Of a DNA stretch of 64,000 nucleotides, positions 51,256-60,663 are shown piece after piece. Where the stretch lies: contig CAWBGG010000002.1 of NCBI GenBank assembly GCA_963788205.1, positions 193,988-257,987 on the forward strand, given 5' to 3'. Below the pieces are notes generated by a model. That model made no database searches and was not told the DNA's origin. It saw only the letters and a list, made by a program, of their open reading frames with translations. The stretch is from an uncultured delta proteobacterium. GTDB lineage: Bacteria > Desulfobacterota > Binatia > Binatales > Binataceae. A program made the translations under genes and the position numbers. The stretch's first letter is position 1. The number at the start of each line of letters is the position of its first letter.

Positions 51256-53355
51256 CTAGTTCCGGTTTAGCTCGCGCTGGATCGCGGCGGCCAGCGCGCG
51301 CAGATTGGGGTCGTCGGGTGAGCTGCTGAGCGCAAGTTCGCACGCGTGGAGAGCCTCCTGGTCGCGGCCCGCGCCGTACAGCGCCTGCGCCATGAAAAAA
51401 AGCGACTGGGGATCGTATGGATCGATGCTCAGCGCGTGCTCGAAGGCCGCGAACGCTTCGTTGTTGCGCCCGCGATCCTTCATCGCTAGGCCGAGCATCA
51501 CCCAGATTTTCGGATCTTCCGGAAAGCGCCGCGCGAGGTCATTCAGAATTGCTTCGGCGGAGTTTTTGTCGCCGTGTCGCCAGTCGATTCGTGATTGAGC
51601 CATCCCCGCCGCCTCGGCGCCCCCGGGCAGCGATGCGGTAAAGTTCAGGACCGCCCGGCTCTTGTCGGCCTGACCTTGCTGGTCGTAAAGTTCGGCCAGC
51701 AGCGCGTATGCAACGGCGGTCGCCGGCTTGGGCCTTTTGCCGGCGCCCTGGCTGTGGCCCACCATCCCGGTCATCTCGCTCAACGACTTTTCAATCTCGC
51801 TCGTGGCCGCCGCAGTCCGTCCCTGCCGCGCGTCGATTTGGCCCAGCGCGTAGAGCGGAGGCGCGCTCGCCATCTCGTCGAGGTCGATGGCTCTTTTGAG
51901 CTCAACCTGCGCGCCGGTCAAGTCGCCGCGTACCTTGAGCGTCATTCCCAGGCGTCCATGACAGAGGGCCGATTCGGGAAAAGCGTCGATACAGCGCTGG
52001 AACAGCACCAGGTCGTCGTGCCAGTAGCCCTGCACATGCCAAAGCGAAAGGCTGAAGCCAGCCAGGACCGCCGCCGCGCCCACGGTTACGATCGAGCGCG
52101 CCGCTTGGCTCCGACGCGCAAGGTTGACCGCCCAATCCGCCAACAGCAGCGACCATCCGACCGACGCCAGGTACAGATAGCGATCGCAGACCAGCAGATC
52201 CGGATGAATCCCGCGCAGGTTCAGCATCGGCACGATCGCAAAGCCCGTCCACGCGGCGCAGAAGGCGTACAGGCGGGCCCGCGGCTGAGCGCGAAGCAGC
52301 GCGAACAGAATCGCCGCGCCGAGGCAAAGCCCCACGATCGGCAGGTAAAATTCGGGTGACGCGGGGCTGAGGACGCGCAGCACGCGATGGGACGGTCCGG
52401 CAAAAAACGGCACGACCAGCAGCCCCGCGTAGTCCGCGACCACGTGGGGCAAAGTCAGAATCGTCTCGGCGGTGTTGGCGAGCGCCTGCGTGTCCGCCCG
52501 ATACGGCATGCTCTCAAAAGGGCTAAGGAAGAATCCGAGCACGATGCGCCGCACGATTAGATAGAGCAGGGCTTCGAGGGCGAAGGGTGCGGCGGCCAGC
52601 ACGGCCTCCCACACCCGTGGCCCGTCCAGATCGTCCGCCAGCTTCTCGGCATGGGGGGATTCAAGCAGCAGAACGTATGATCCGAGCAGCGCGGGGAAAA
52701 TCATCGCGCCGTCATAGCTGAAGACTGCGGCCAGATAGCACAGCAGCGCGGCTGGCGAATGCCGCCGCGCCGGACTGGTCCGGGTGATGAAAAAATAAAA
52801 TGCCGCCAGCTCGAACACGGCGCTCAAGGGAAGCGCCGCGGCCGAGATCCACACCACCGCCTCCGCGTGAATCGGGGTCAAGGCAAACAGCGCCGCGGCG
52901 AGTAGCGCCGCCCACAGATCTCCGGCCAGCCGCAGCGCCACCTTGAAGACCAGCCAGATCGCCAGCAGATGGACCATCAACAGGGTCGCATGCCAGCCCG
53001 CTGGCCCGATCAGAAGATGGCGATGGATCGTGAACCAGACGTCGGTCAGCGGCCGGTAGACCAGGCTCTGCGGCAGCGCGAATGGGTCGCGCATCCAGAA
53101 GAAATCGTAGGCGAACGACTTCCAGAGAAACGACCACTGCGCCATGTAGCGATTAGCTACGATCAGATCTGCGTCGTCGAAGACAAAGCCGTTGCCAAGC
53201 GATCTCAGATAGACCACTGCCGTGACCAGCAGCAGCCCCCCGATCAGCACGCGATCGCGGCCGGGCCCGGACTCGATCGCCCAGCCGGGTGCGCGGACGC
53301 CCTGGCTGGGATCAGCCGGTGGGGCCGAGTTTGCAGGTTTTGCCGCCGATGACAT
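51256..53355 (-). CDS. TMTC-like membrane protein (DUF1736 + TPR), paralog 7
   Basis: 699 aa. ...VVYLRSLGNGFVFDDADLIVANRYMAQWSF...YRPLTDVWFTIHRHLLIGPAGWHATLLMVHLLAIWLVFK... + TPRs (...LGMTLKVRGDLTGAQVELKRAIDL...). Confidence 0.75.
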   Translation of the reverse strand: MSSAAKPANSAPPADPSQGVRAPGWAIESGPGRDRVLIGGLLLVTAVVYLRSLGNGFVFDDADLIVANRYMAQWSFLWKSFAYDFFWMRDPFALPQSLVYRPLTDVWFTIHRHLLIGPAGWHATLLMVHLLAIWLVFKVALRLAGDLWAALLAAALFALTPIHAEAVVWISAAALPLSAVFELAAFYFFITRTSPARRHSPAALLCYLAAVFSYDGAMIFPALLGSYVLLLESPHAEKLADDLDGPRVWEAVLAAAPFALEALLYLIVRRIVLGFFLSPFESMPYRADTQALANTAETILTLPHVVADYAGLLVVPFFAGPSHRVLRVLSPASPEFYLPIVGLCLGAAILFALLRAQPRARLYAFCAAWTGFAIVPMLNLRGIHPDLLVCDRYLYLASVGWSLLLADWAVNLARRSQAARSIVTVGAAAVLAGFSLSLWHVQGYWHDDLVLFQRCIDAFPESALCHGRLGMTLKVRGDLTGAQVELKRAIDLDEMASAPPLYALGQIDARQGRTAAATSEIEKSLSEMTGMVGHSQGAGKRPKPATAVAYALLAELYDQQGQADKSRAVLNFTASLPGGAEAAGMAQSRIDWRHGDKNSAEAILNDLARRFPEDPKIWVMLGLAMKDRGRNNEAFAAFEHALSIDPYDPQSLFFMAQALYGAGRDQEALHACELALSSSPDDPNLRALAAAIQRELNRN

Positions 53356-53859
53356 TGCGCGCTAGCGAGCCGTGCGCCCTCGGACCGCCACGATGCGGGC
53401 AGGCTGAGGGTCGGGACGCGGATGGGGCATCGCTGGATAATACACTTCGGATCAAGGCCGCAGCGGAAGTGGGCTTCGGAATCCTAGATCGGCGACCCTC
53501 ATGTTACAAGGTAGAATATATCGCGCGTTGCGCCATGGCGGGCCGGAAAGTTATCCACAGGCTTGCAACATTCGTCGTTTGCGCTAGTGCCATCGTTGCT
53601 ATACAGCGATCGCCAGATGGCTTGTTTTCGTCCGGCGATTGATGGTGAAAGCCCGACCAAATGGTGGCGAGCCGCCCACAAAACGCTGCTTGATGCTGAC
53701 CAAAAGCTTGGCCGGGCGGTCCATGCTCAAAAAAAACCGTTTGACGTAAGCATTGCCGGTGCGGTAGGAGAATCGTGGCCAAGTGAACGCTCGCCTAGCA
53801 GGAGGGAGAGCGCCTTTGGGAGGCCTCCTCTATGCTTCGGCGGCTGAAGGCGCTAAGCG

Positions 53860-55788
53860 ATGACACGACACCCGAGAGTGTGGTTTGGGCTCGCAACGGT
53901 CGCGTGTATTCTTTTTTTGGTAATCTTTTACCCGTCGCAACGCGCCGATAATTCAGTTTCGCCGCGCGTGGCGAACGCCAAGCGGATCAGCTCCAGCTCA
54001 TCGGGGCAACTCGGGAAGGCGCCTGCGGCCAACACCGCGGTCGTCAGCGCGCGTCTCAACCAGAGCTACGATCAACTCGGCTTGGGCTTCGAGCCCAACG
54101 TAGGTCAGGCCGACGGCCGGGTGAGATTTCGCGCCCGCGCCGAGGGTCTGTCCATTTCGTTCACGCAGGACGCGGCCCGGATTCTGCTCAGCCGTGCTCC
54201 ATCCCCGGCCCAAGCCGCGCGGACGCTTCCAATTGGCGACGGTGTAACCGCAAGCAATTCGAAGCATGACTCAAAATCAGGGGTTCTGCGGCCTGCGGAC
54301 AACCTGGCCCTGACGATGAGACTCGAAGGCGCGAACAAAGATGCGAAAATCGAGGGCGTAGACAGGCTTCCCGGCGTGACCAACTATTTCGTCGGCAGTG
54401 ATCCCCGCAATTGGCACTCCGGCATCCCGACGTATTCCAAGGTGAGATACAAAGGCGTCTACCCCGGCGTCGATCTGGTCTACTACGGCAACCATCGCGA
54501 ATTGGAATGCGACTGGGTAGTCAAGCCCGGCGCACGTCCGGACAGCATAAGGCTCGCTTTCGACGGCGCCAGCCGGATTGACATCAACGGCGATGGCGAT
54601 CTGGTACTGGGCACGCCACGCGGGCAAATCCTGCTGCGCAAACCGGTTGCCTACCAGGAATCGGGCGGCAAGAAGCGGCCGATCTCCAGCCGCTATACTC
54701 GTCTGTCCGGCGCGCGCGTCGGCATCGAGCTGGCTGCTTACGATCGTGACCAGCCGTTGGTTATCGACCCGACGCTGAGCTACTCGACTTACCTGGGCGG
54801 CTCGTTCCTCGATTTCGCGAGCGGACTGGCGGCCGACGCAGTCGGCGATGCCTACGTGACCGGAACCGCCTGCTCGGCGGATTTTCCGATTACCCCAAAA
54901 CCGAACATCGTGCAGGCCACTTATGGTGGAAGTTGCGATGTGTTCGTAGCCAAGGTCAATCCGACCGGGACCGCGTTTGTGTATTCTACCTACCTCGGCG
55001 GTCCCAGCGCCGACAGTGGCAACGCGATCGCGGTCGATCAGTCCGGCGCTGCTTACATAACCGGATACGCGGGCTCCGGCTTTCCGCTTACGCCAGCGGG
55101 CGGTTCGGTCGCGCAGCCGAATTTCGGCGGCGGAACTTCGGACGCGTTCGTGGCCAAGATCAGTCCGGATGGCTCGACGTTGTTGTATTCCACCTACCTG
55201 GGTGGCAGCGGAGTCGACGAGGGCGAAGCGATCGCAATTCCCTCGGGATGCGCGGCGAACTGCGACGCGTTCGTCACCGGATATACCGAGTCTTTGGACT
55301 TTCCAGTTGCTGCGGCGCCCAACCTGACCCCCTTCCAGACGGCCAACGGTTGTACCAGCGGCGGCGCGCCTTGTATCGATAAAAACGACGCGTTCGTGGC
55401 GAGGCTGAATTCTTCGGGTAGTGTCTTCAAGTACGCCACCTACCTGGGTGGACACAGCGGCGACGGCGGATTCGCGATCGCAGCTGACGCGCAAGGCAAC
55501 GCCTATGTCGGCGGCATAACCGACGCGATCCTCATTCCGGCCTTCTCACAGAATTTCCCGATCACACCCGCGACCGCGGTGCAGAACACCTTCGGCCAAG
55601 CCGCCGCCACCGGTTTCATCGCAGTACTCAATCCGACCGGCACCGGGCCGCTGTTGTACTCGACCTACCTGGGCGGAACGGGCTTTCAGGCCATCAATGG
55701 TCTGGAGTCTGGGGCCGGATACTTTTGTGCTGACCCCCAATCTCAGCGTGAACAGCATCTATGTCGCGGGCTATGCCTACTCGAATGA
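53860..55788 (+). CDS. giant secreted beta-propeller/BNR protein, N-terminal portion (reading frame broken at ~55711-55714; continues in 55697-58498)
   Basis: Signal peptide [29 protein letters not shown]. Repeated units of the form YSTYLGG-x-x-D-x-G-x-AIAVD--GNAYVTGYT-S-DFP-T (SBBP-type beta-propeller repeats) at least 6 times. The ORF ends in a stop-free GC-rich shadow frame after ...[20 protein letters not shown]. Confidence 0.65.
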   Translation: MTRHPRVWFGLATVACILFLVIFYPSQRADNSVSPRVANAKRISSSSSGQLGKAPAANTAVVSARLNQSYDQLGLGFEPNVGQADGRVRFRARAEGLSISFTQDAARILLSRAPSPAQAARTLPIGDGVTASNSKHDSKSGVLRPADNLALTMRLEGANKDAKIEGVDRLPGVTNYFVGSDPRNWHSGIPTYSKVRYKGVYPGVDLVYYGNHRELECDWVVKPGARPDSIRLAFDGASRIDINGDGDLVLGTPRGQILLRKPVAYQESGGKKRPISSRYTRLSGARVGIELAAYDRDQPLVIDPTLSYSTYLGGSFLDFASGLAADAVGDAYVTGTACSADFPITPKPNIVQATYGGSCDVFVAKVNPTGTAFVYSTYLGGPSADSGNAIAVDQSGAAYITGYAGSGFPLTPAGGSVAQPNFGGGTSDAFVAKISPDGSTLLYSTYLGGSGVDEGEAIAIPSGCAANCDAFVTGYTESLDFPVAAAPNLTPFQTANGCTSGGAPCIDKNDAFVARLNSSGSVFKYATYLGGHSGDGGFAIAADAQGNAYVGGITDAILIPAFSQNFPITPATAVQNTFGQAAATGFIAVLNPTGTGPLLYSTYLGGTGFQAINGLESGAGYFCADPQSQREQHLCRGLCLLE

Positions 55789-58498
55789 TTTCCCGACTAC
55801 TGCCGGCGCCTACCAGGTGGCTTTCGGCGGCTTCGATGACGAGTTCGTCGTGCACCTGGTACCGCAGAACAACCCGACCCTCCCTGGCGTGCCGTATTAC
55901 ACGATCGCTTATTCCACCTACCTGGGCGGCACCGGCGATGACAACGGCGGATTAATCGCGATCGACGCGACCTGCGGCGTGGTGGGTTGTGATACCTATA
56001 TTGCCGGCACCACCAATTACACCGATTTTCCGGCGGTGAATTCGTTTCCTCTGCCCGCGCCCAACGGCGAATTGCTGGTCAGCACCGACAACGGCGCGAG
56101 CTTCGGCTTCACCGGCAATCTCGGCAGCATCGGCTCACTCAATGCGCTGGTGGTCGATCCAAGCACCACACCCCATACCATCTTCGCCGGCAGCGCGCGC
56201 AAGGGCCTGTACCTGAGCACCGATGATGGCCACACCTTCGGACCCACCGTGCTTTCGCAGGCGCAGTATGCGACCGGGTTTAATGGTATCGCGATCGACT
56301 ACTCGCCCGGCACCGGCGTGTGCGCCGGCAGCAACGAAAGAGTATTCGTCGGCAATGGGCAGGGGCTGTACCGCAGCACCGATCGGGGCGTGTCGTTCGC
56401 TCAGACCGCACTCAACGGCTTCCCGGTCTCGCCGGTATTCGTCGATAGCAACGCGGAGCCGCCCGCCATCTACGTGGGAACCAAGACTCCGGGCAACCCT
56501 CCGCAGTTTCAACTGCTGAGGAGCGCCGATTGCGCCAACACCTTCGACCCCACCGGGCTTCCGAGCGGCGCCTTCGCCTTTTCGTTGGCTTCTGATCCGA
56601 ACCATAACCCTGAAGCGGTCTATGTCGGCACCAATCGCGGTGTCTTCGTCAGCAGTGTCGGGGGCATACAGTTCACCCAGACCGGAGAGAATTTTCAGCC
56701 TGCGTTCTCAGTGGCGGTCGACTCCAGTGTGAAAAATCCGGCTCCGCCGGGAAGTACCAGTCCCAACTCCAACCTGTACGCGGGCGCTCAAGTCGGACTG
56801 CTCGAAAGCACCGACGGGTTCGCTACGGTCACCGGTCCGGTCAACACAGTCAGCCTCGCCCTCTATGACGTGAAGGTTGATGCTTCGTCCTCCCCTTCGC
56901 ATATCTATGCGGCGGGCAAGCTCAACGATCTGGGCTTTCTGCTGCAAAGCACCGACGGCGGCACGACCTTCAGGGAGATCGGCCCGGCCACGGCCTACCT
57001 GCCGCCGACGACCAGGATCGGTTTGGATCCAGGAGTGACTACCGGAATTGGCTCGGTTACGGGAATCTTTATCAGCCCGTTCCTGGAATATAACGCCACC
57101 GTCGCCAAGCTGAGCGGAGACGGATCGACCCTGATCTTCTCCACGCTGCTGGGTCCATTGAGCGGAGCAGCGAACGATGGCTTCGCCGGCGGCGTAGCGA
57201 CCGACACCCTCGCCGCAACCGGCATCAATCTGGTCTATGTAGCGGGCGGGACCGCCTCGAGTAATTTTCCAGTCGTACCGGCTCCGCCGGCGGTACCGTC
57301 TGCCGCGCAGCCGGCGCTGGCAGGTTCGCTCAACGCGTACGTGCTCCAGATCGGGCTCAACTTTCCAACCCCGACCCCAACCCCAAGCCCGACCCCAACG
57401 CCGACGCCGACCCCTACGCCCACGCCTTCGGAGAGCCCGTCCGCGACGCCGTCGCCAACGCCGAGCGCGAGTCCGACCGCGGCACCGACCTCGTCGGCTA
57501 CCACAACCCCGTCGCCCACCCCAGGTCCGACGGTCACCCCCAGCGGACCCACGCAAACACCTAGCCCCTCACCGACTCCGGTAGGGCCCACTCAGACTCC
57601 GATCAGCGCGACGGCCACGGTCACTCCGACTCCGAGTGGGCCAACTCAGACTCCGATTAGCGCGACGGCCACGGTCACTCCGACTCCGATTGGACCGACG
57701 GCAAGTCCAAGCGGTCCCACCCAGACCCCGGCGCCAACTACTGCAACTGCGACTCCGGTGGCCACCGCTTCGCCTGGCATCGATACTGTGGCGGTTACTC
57801 CGGTGTCGATTACCGCCTCTCCGGGTGCGACGCCGGTGGTCGGGACCTTCTCGGTCACCAGCCCCAGCACAAACTGTCAGCAGAGCCTGACGGACGCGTT
57901 CGTGCTCTTCGGCGACGCGTCATTGTTCACTTCGTCGACGCTGACGGCAACGATCAACGGCGCCAGCGAGACCTCCACGCAGGTTCCGTCTTCGACCGGC
58001 AACACCGACTACAGCTTCAGCCCGCCGATCATCATCCCGCCCGGCGGCACCGTCGACTTCAGCTTGCAGGTCACGATCGCGGCCAACCCAAGCGCGTCGC
58101 TGGCTATGGCCAACCCGCCGCGGCTGGTGCTCGCCGGGATGATCCCGGTTCCCAAGGCGGGCGGGCAGATGGCCGGCCCGATGATGGTATGGCTGGGATG
58201 CCTGGGGATACTCGGCTTGGTAGTGCCGCTCTCGTCGCCGCGCCGCAAACGAGTGCTGATGGCGAGCGCGATGCTGATACTGGTCGCCGCGACGGTGTCG
58301 TGCGACCTGCCCAAGAGCAGCGGTCCATCCAAGCCGTCGAAGACCTCGGCGCCGACCTCGGCTCCAACGCAGAAGCCGACCCCCACGCCGCTGTCTTCCG
58401 ATCAGACCCTGGAAGGGTTCGCGGCCACCGACTGTGTCGGTATGGTAACGTTCACACCTGAAGTGCAAGATTTGGGAACGGTCACGATCAGCAAGTAG
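55697..58498 (+). CDS. giant secreted beta-propeller/BNR protein, C-terminal portion with BNR/Asp-box repeats, Pro/Thr/Ser-rich linker and C-terminal hydrophobic segment
   Basis: Continuation ...[35 protein letters not shown] (same SBBP repeat). Then Asp-box-like [41 protein letters not shown]. Then ~140 aa of [14 protein letters not shown]...[18 protein letters not shown]... Ends with hydrophobic [24 protein letters not shown] and a [15 protein letters not shown] lipobox-like segment. Confidence 0.65.
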   Translation: MVWSLGPDTFVLTPNLSVNSIYVAGYAYSNDFPTTAGAYQVAFGGFDDEFVVHLVPQNNPTLPGVPYYTIAYSTYLGGTGDDNGGLIAIDATCGVVGCDTYIAGTTNYTDFPAVNSFPLPAPNGELLVSTDNGASFGFTGNLGSIGSLNALVVDPSTTPHTIFAGSARKGLYLSTDDGHTFGPTVLSQAQYATGFNGIAIDYSPGTGVCAGSNERVFVGNGQGLYRSTDRGVSFAQTALNGFPVSPVFVDSNAEPPAIYVGTKTPGNPPQFQLLRSADCANTFDPTGLPSGAFAFSLASDPNHNPEAVYVGTNRGVFVSSVGGIQFTQTGENFQPAFSVAVDSSVKNPAPPGSTSPNSNLYAGAQVGLLESTDGFATVTGPVNTVSLALYDVKVDASSSPSHIYAAGKLNDLGFLLQSTDGGTTFREIGPATAYLPPTTRIGLDPGVTTGIGSVTGIFISPFLEYNATVAKLSGDGSTLIFSTLLGPLSGAANDGFAGGVATDTLAATGINLVYVAGGTASSNFPVVPAPPAVPSAAQPALAGSLNAYVLQIGLNFPTPTPTPSPTPTPTPTPTPTPSESPSATPSPTPSASPTAAPTSSATTTPSPTPGPTVTPSGPTQTPSPSPTPVGPTQTPISATATVTPTPSGPTQTPISATATVTPTPIGPTASPSGPTQTPAPTTATATPVATASPGIDTVAVTPVSITASPGATPVVGTFSVTSPSTNCQQSLTDAFVLFGDASLFTSSTLTATINGASETSTQVPSSTGNTDYSFSPPIIIPPGGTVDFSLQVTIAANPSASLAMANPPRLVLAGMIPVPKAGGQMAGPMMVWLGCLGILGLVVPLSSPRRKRVLMASAMLILVAATVSCDLPKSSGPSKPSKTSAPTSAPTQKPTPTPLSSDQTLEGFAATDCVGMVTFTPEVQDLGTVTISK
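57358..57790 (+). repeat. low-complexity Pro/Thr/Ser-rich linker-coding region inside the giant secreted protein gene
   Basis: ccgaccccaaccccaagcccgaccccaacgccgacgccgacccctacgccc... encodes [77 protein letters not shown]... Confidence 0.7.
57585..57692 (+). repeat. perfect-register 54-nt tandem repeat x2 (encodes [19 protein letters not shown])
   Basis: gggcccactcagactccgatcagcgcgacggccacggtcactccgactccgagt followed immediately by gggccaactcagactccgattagcgcgacggccacggtcactccgactccgatt (4 mismatches in 54). Confidence 0.8.
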
Positions 58499-58650
58499 CA
58501 ATCAGTCCTGGAATCAGAACGCGGCGGCACGCTCCCGACAGGGATGTGCCGCCGCGCGCATTTCCAGACCACCGCACGAATCCTTTACCTCCCCGCGCTG
58601 AGAGAGCCCTCCCGTGATGATGCGCGAGCGGCGCATCGGCGCGGGAGCCG

Positions 58651-60663
58651 CTAATGCGGCTTGGCGCTCTGTTCGATTTCCGTTATCAGCGCCAGCGTGC
58701 GCGAATCATTGGGCGAAGCGGCCAGCGCGAGGTAGCATTCGTCGAGCGCCTCGCGATTACGGTTCATCGCATGAAGCACCTCGGCGGAGAGAAAATGCGG
58801 CATCGGGGCGTCGGGTGTAAGCTTGACCGCCGCTTGGTACGCGGCTAGCGCTTCGGGGTTGCGTCCTTGTGCGGCGAGCGCCCGCCCCAGCGCGGTCCAC
58901 ACGAGGTAGTCATCGGGATGGCTGCGCGCCATCTCGCGCAACATCGCCTCGGCGCCGGCGGCGTCACCATGGGATACTTTTATCTGCGCCCGCGTGAGTC
59001 CGGCGGCCTCGGCGCCGCCCGGCATCGATTCGGCATACGCCAGTTCCGCATCGCGGCGCGCGTCGTCGTGGTTCAAGTCGTAGACCTGCGCCAGCAGCAG
59101 ATGGTTCTCGGCGGCGGGATGCGGCAGATGCCTGATGCCGGCGGCAAGCTCGGCGGCGCCGTCGGCGAGCCGGCCCATCCGCAGGTGCAGAAGTCCGAGA
59201 TCATACAGCGTAAAGGGCGCGTTGGGATCAAGGCTCAGCGAGGTCGCGAGCTGCTGCGCCGCCGCGGATAGCTCGCCGCGTTGCTCGAGCGCACTGGCGA
59301 GCCGGTTGTGCCACATCGCGGCATCGGGACAGCGCGCGATACAGGCGATCGAGAGCGCTTCGTCGTCGTGCCAGAATCCCTGCGCCCGCCAGAGCGCTCC
59401 CGCATACAGGGCCGCCATTGCGATCGCGGCACTCACCGCAAGCCGGCGCGAGGTGGCGCCACGCCGCGCGAGGCGAAACCCGCCGTCGGCAAGTATCACA
59501 CACCATCCCAGCGATGACAGGTAGAGATAACGATCCTGCACCAGCGCCTGCTCAAAGAGCCCGCGCAGATTCATCATCGGCGCGACCGCGACTACCATCC
59601 AGGCGGCGCAAAACAAGTAGAGCCGCCCGCGCCGGTCGCGTCTGGCAATCGCGAACAGGATCGCGCCGCAGGCGGCCAGCGCGGCGAGCGGCAGATAGAA
59701 GCCGGGCGCGCCGAGGCTCCCGACGATCGGCACCTGATGGGCCGGGCCGGCCAGCCACGGCATCACCAGCAGCGCCACGTAGGTCATCACCACGCGCGGC
59801 GCAGTCGCGATCGCCTGCGTGCCGGTCAAATGGGTCAGAGCGTTGGGGCGATTGATGAAACCGAGCACCAGCCGGCGCACAGTCAGATAGGCCAGGGTCT
59901 CGGCCGCGAACGGCGCCGAACTGACGATCGCGGTCCGTACTCGCCGCGCGCGCGGTGAAACGACTTGTCCGGGCTCGATCAGCAGGACGTACAATCCGAT
60001 CAGCGCCGGAAATGCGACCGCGCTCTCGTGGGTCAGAAGGGCGCAGGCGTAGAGCAGTATCGCGAGCGTCCAGTTGCGACGCTCGGCTCCGCCGCGCGCG
60101 ATGAAGAGATAGAACGCTCCCAGTTCGAGCGTGGCGCTGAGCGGCAGCGGGATCGCGGTGGCCCACACCACCGCCTCAGCGTGCACCGGCAGCAGGCCGA
60201 AGAGTAACGCGGCCGCCAGCGCCGGCTGTGTCCCGCCGGTGAGCCGGGCCGCGATCTCGAACACCAGCCATACCGCGGCCAGATGCAAACCGACCATAGT
60301 CGCGTGCCATCCGGCGACGTGGGGTCCGAACAGATGGTAATGCAGGCCGAGCCAGATATCCTGGAGCGGCCGATAGTATGCGCTCGCCGGCAAATGGAGC
60401 GGATCCATGAACCACCATGAATCACGCGTCAGCGACTTCCAGAGGAACGACCACTGCCCGATCTGCCGGTTGGCGATCACCATGTCGTGGTCGTCGAAAA
60501 CGAAGCCGTTGCCTAGGCATCGCAGATAGACCAACGCCGTGGCGAGCAGCACGCCTGTGATCATCAAGGTTCGGCGGCGCGCGTCCTCGCGGGCATTGGC
60601 AGCGCGGCCAGCGACGCGACTTCGACCAGGTGCGCCCGCTTTGACCGGCAGCCCGCGCTTCAT
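58651..60663 (-). CDS. TMTC-like membrane protein (DUF1736 + TPR), paralog 8
   Basis: Start chosen at MKRGLPVKAG (ATG 60663-60661, forming an ATGA overlap with the stop of the upstream paralog); the ORF extends to 60765. ...LVYLRCLGNGFVFDDHDMVIANRQIGQWSF...YRPLQDIWLGLHYHLFGPHVAGWHATMVGLHLAAVWLVFE...LLTHESAVAFPALIGLYVLL... + TPRs. Confidence 0.75.
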   Translation of the reverse strand: MKRGLPVKAGAPGRSRVAGRAANAREDARRRTLMITGVLLATALVYLRCLGNGFVFDDHDMVIANRQIGQWSFLWKSLTRDSWWFMDPLHLPASAYYRPLQDIWLGLHYHLFGPHVAGWHATMVGLHLAAVWLVFEIAARLTGGTQPALAAALLFGLLPVHAEAVVWATAIPLPLSATLELGAFYLFIARGGAERRNWTLAILLYACALLTHESAVAFPALIGLYVLLIEPGQVVSPRARRVRTAIVSSAPFAAETLAYLTVRRLVLGFINRPNALTHLTGTQAIATAPRVVMTYVALLVMPWLAGPAHQVPIVGSLGAPGFYLPLAALAACGAILFAIARRDRRGRLYLFCAAWMVVAVAPMMNLRGLFEQALVQDRYLYLSSLGWCVILADGGFRLARRGATSRRLAVSAAIAMAALYAGALWRAQGFWHDDEALSIACIARCPDAAMWHNRLASALEQRGELSAAAQQLATSLSLDPNAPFTLYDLGLLHLRMGRLADGAAELAAGIRHLPHPAAENHLLLAQVYDLNHDDARRDAELAYAESMPGGAEAAGLTRAQIKVSHGDAAGAEAMLREMARSHPDDYLVWTALGRALAAQGRNPEALAAYQAAVKLTPDAPMPHFLSAEVLHAMNRNREALDECYLALAASPNDSRTLALITEIEQSAKPH

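Noticed and set aside
57358-57790. Highly repetitive nucleotide stretch that could superficially resemble a CRISPR-like or satellite array
   Set aside because: It is in-frame coding low-complexity sequence (Pro/Thr/Ser linker) inside a long ORF. The units are not separated by unique spacers, and no cas genes are present anywhere in the window.
58130-58270. C-terminal hydrophobic segment plus PRRKR of the giant protein as a PEP-CTERM/exosortase sorting signal
   Set aside because: There is no P-E-P tripeptide preceding the helix, and a further ~90 residues follow it, so it does not fit PEP-CTERM or LPXTG. Left as an unexplained hydrophobic/lipobox-like segment.
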